In this document: one piece after another, positions 60,381-64,000 of the stretch | Position numbering within the stretch: the stretch's first letter is position 1 | How the letters are laid out: the number at the start of each line of letters is the position of its first letter | Source: Chiloscyllium plagiosum | Taxonomy: Eukaryota | Direction of reading: 5' to 3' | Assembly (NCBI RefSeq): GCF_004010195.1 | Contig: NC_057751.1 | Location: 18,135,325 to 18,199,324, forward strand | DNA: 64,000 bases | Position numbers and translations under genes: made by a program | Notes under the pieces: model-generated | Told to the model about the DNA's origin: nothing | Databases searched by the model: none | What the model saw: only the letters and a program-made list of their open reading frames with translations

Positions 60381-62319
60381 AGTTACATTGTTGAGGGGCA
60401 GCAGGAGTGATAGAAAATTTGCCTAACAATAAACATCGAATTGCTTGCGCTTAGCTTTGCTATAGACTGCCAGGTGCATTGTAACAATGGGAAAGCTTAG
60501 ATATGGGAACACAGACTAATGGGTAAATCAAGTTAAAAAAAAACATCATTTGACATTTCCTTCATTGACGAAACAAAAGTTTGAGCGACAATATGTATAG
60601 AGATATATCTGATGCTAATATAGTCCTCAGTCCAACAGGTACACTGTCAATTCAATCATCACGCTCACATATTGACTAAATGATGTGCCAGCATTGCGGA
60701 AATTCAAAGAAACGGAGACAATTTTACTGGTCATTATAATGCAGACTGCTGGTCTTCAGAATTATCTTGTCTATGTCTGGCTTTTTCCATATGTTGTCTC
60801 AAACTAATTTTCTCAGTTCCAAATTAATCTACGGGAATGTATTTTGGGCTCTAAAGAGGAATCCAAGCAATATCTAACTTGCAATAATTCAAGTATTTCA
60901 AACCAAAATAAGGAACAAAATCAAAATGGTGAACATGTCCGTGATGAGCATTAATAATTAATTAAGCCTCAAACGCAAGCTTTTCAATGTTTTTTTTGTG
61001 AAAGTAAGCTTATAACATAAGGTTACCTGAGACTCTGATCAAGTCAGATAGGGCACAAGTACCATCTGATATCACGAGTAGCTATCCTGTTGCCGTTGGT
61101 CGAAAGGGTACTGGCAATTGACTGAAATAGATAAAACAAACTTCGAGTGGAAATATTATATTAAAAAGAAAAATCCGTGACCAGAGAGGAGTAAACAGGT
61201 TAAGACGTGTTTGGGGGAAGCCCAGAAAAAGGGGTTCAATTCCGTGGTGAAATAAACACGCAGAGGCCAAGGAATTTGGAGAATGCAAATACATGCGGGA
61301 AAATATGCACACTGGACTAAACCCGCAATGGTTAGGTCAAATTTACACTGGAGGAACTGAACAGGGAACAAGACTCCGAAAAGTCTGAAGGTCGAGGAGA
61401 GTCGTTTATTGCGAGTGAGGAATGGGAGATTTTACACTGAGTATACTTCACCAGACAGATGAAAGACGGAAAAGAATGATAGGCGGGAGTCAGAGGGATG
61501 AGTTCCCTTGCAACTTATTAAGAGAAAAAGATGCTGTCACCACTACTTAACATGACATTTAAAAAATTGTACTGACTCCATGTTAGTCCAATGTTGTTTG
61601 GGGCTGTTGATAACCAAAATCGTCATGCTTGTATACTTCCATTAATTATTTAATTAATGTAAGCAGTCTGAACAGTGTTTCCAATAAACTGGCAAATAAA
61701 TTGTCGAATATGTGACAGTAGGAAATTGTGATCACAAACCATTAGATGCAACAGAACCAAGAGATTTTTTTCACACTTCAGTTCTGGGAATGCAGAACTT
61801 CAGCTGAGAAGTAAGTTTTGTCCCTCTCTGGGAAGGCTGTTCGTGGAGATTCGGGAATCAGTTCACTTGGCGAAAGTGGGTACTGCAGTTGCTACAGTTT
61901 GGAGTCAACATTGGAGTAGTGCTAGTAAAGGATTCGTGATGAAGGGCTTTTGGCCGAATAAGTTACATTCGCAGAAGGATTTAGTTTGTAAAACTTCCAA
62001 ACCTGGAGAGTGTCGGTTGGAAATCTGTCCGTCTAGAATTGAGGAAGTTTAAGCTCCCGTACTACCGAGACATCAATTTCAGCAAACATGGAACTTCGAT
62101 TGCCTTCATACTCCAATGTGAAGGACCTATAAGGAGTCAGTAAGGTAGAACATAAATGAGTCAGAGAAGGTATGTAATTGCTTTGGACCTGAGATTCTCT
62201 GGTGCATTGTCTCTGATACGGGTTTTTTTAAATGAATGTGTTAACATTATTCTATTTACCTGCTGGATTTGGATACCATTTCTTGTTCCTGCATTTGTGT
62301 CATATCCTTTCTCCTATAG

Positions 62320-64000
62320 ATTCATAGAGCTGGACACTGGGAAACAGACCTTGCCGTGCAATTCCTCCATGACAAGCAGATATCCGAAATTAATCCAAGC
62401 CCATTTGCCAGCATTTGGCTCATAACCCTCTTAAGGCTTCTTATTCATATAGCCATCCAAATGTCTTTTAAATGTTGTCATTGTACCAGCCTCCGACACT
62501 TCTTCTGGCAGCACATCCCATGCATGCATCACCTTTCGTAAAAACAGTTGCACCATAGGTCTACTTTAAATCTATCCCCACTCAGCCAAAATCAATGGTG
62601 TTTAGTATTGGACTACCTCAACCCCGTGGAAAAGATCCTGACAATTAACCTTAACCATGCCCTTCATGATTTTACGGCAATAGATATTTCGCCCCCAGCC
62701 CCCTCCTAACCAGAACCTTACAATTAAGTGTATAATTTCTGCCTTCAATAGCCTTACCAAAATACAGCGCGTCACAATAATCTAAATTAAGCTTCATTTG
62801 TAACTACTCGTTTATTGGCACATTTGATCAAGTTCCGGTTGTACTCTGAGGTGACCTTTTTCTCTGTCCACTGCGTCTCCAGTTTTGATGTATCCTGCAA
62901 ATTTAATAACTATACCTGTATGTTCATATCCAAGTCATTTATGTAAATGGATTTAAAGCAGTGGATCCAGATCTGATCCATTTGTCACACGCTACCTCAG
63001 AACTCTTTTCTTCATTAGTTGGTAAATTGGATCGAGCAATCGAAGAAAGAGTCACCCGACACCAATCATTAACTTTATTGTTTCCCCCACAGATGCATGG
63101 AACCCGCTAAGATCCAACAGCAATTTCTACATTACGTCTTCAACCTTTTTTTAACATCCTGGCGAATCTCCTCTGTGCCCTCTCCGGTCCAGTCACATCC
63201 TCCTATTAGTTTGGTGACGAAAACAGCACACAGTATTACACCAGAGACCCAGCTAAAATCCTGTAAAGTTGTACCGAGAATTGTTTGCTCCGATATGCTG
63301 CATTGAGGCTCATGAAAACAAGCAACTAAGACCCCATCTCCAACCATGTATTCTTTTTCTCACACCTTCAGGGATCAATGGCCTTGTACAGCAAGGTCCC
63401 TTTGCTCGTCAGTACTCCCTGGGGACCAATTGTGCAAAATACTTCCCTTATTACACCTCACGAAGTTCATCACTTAACTTAATTAAATCCTATCTGCCAT
63501 TGCTCTGTTCAATTTACGAGTTACTCAAGATCAGTATGCAGCCTGAGACGATCCTGCTCACGACCAACAACACCACCAATTTTCCTGTCACTTACTAATT
63601 AAACGTTCTGCGTTCCTATCGAAACAAGTCCTGTCTAAAAACAACAGCAAGGGACCGTGCACTGGTCCCTGAAGTGCACAATCGTCACAGGCTTTTACTG
63701 ACAAGAAACAAAACAAGCATTCCCTATCACAATTTCCCTGTGACTGGGTAGTCAATTTTGGATGTAGTTGCCAACTTGCGTTATATTCCGACGGCTCTTA
63801 CGTTTTGGACCACTATTCTACATGGGACGTTGTCGAAGGCCTTTCTGAATTTCCTGTAAATCATATCCAATGAACCACGCTAATTACCATATTGAGTCAA
63901 CATTAACAGAAACACAATTAAAGTAGTCGCAACATCACCGTCTCACACCTCTGTTGAACATATTTCATCAATCGCTGCCTTTTGAATTTTTACTTCAAAC
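62320..64000 (-). mobile_element. CR1 LINE fragments (3' end at 62320; further RT fragment to window end) with a Penelope-like terminal repeat remnant at ~63045-63135
   Basis: attcatagagctggacactgggaaacagacc tail. Minus-strand IYRKFRKAFDNVP (YLDFQKAFDKVP) at ~63825-63865. Confidence 0.78.

Overview
Repeat-dense vertebrate genomic DNA, almost certainly from a cartilaginous fish. The HE1/V-SINE-type SINEs, HER1/CR1 LINEs, NLR type and GPR139-like receptors point to a shark, which is an inference. One apparently intact gene is present: a two-exon GPR139/GPR142-like class A GPCR on the minus strand (exon 1 50250-50316, exon 2 25827-26689, 309 aa). Its ~23.5 kb intron is filled with LINEs, SINEs and a decayed ~43-bp minisatellite. 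Three decayed gene remnants surround it: scrambled and duplicated hexokinase (HK2-like) exons at 283-4173, a shark-type NACHT-LRR (NLR) pseudogene at ~6366-9800, and a second, head-to-head GPR139-like pseudogene at 53171-~54150. A degenerate full-length Gmr1-like Gypsy LTR retrotransposon (9828-16474; integrase before RT, tRNA-Pro-like PBS) sits just after the last visible NLR exon. The rest is mostly CR1 LINE fragments, tRNA-derived SINEs, Penelope-type terminal repeats with hammerhead-like cores, local duplications and a 927-N gap. I found no convincing new biological system. All family assignments come from motif recognition by eye, not from database searches, and repeat boundaries are approximate.
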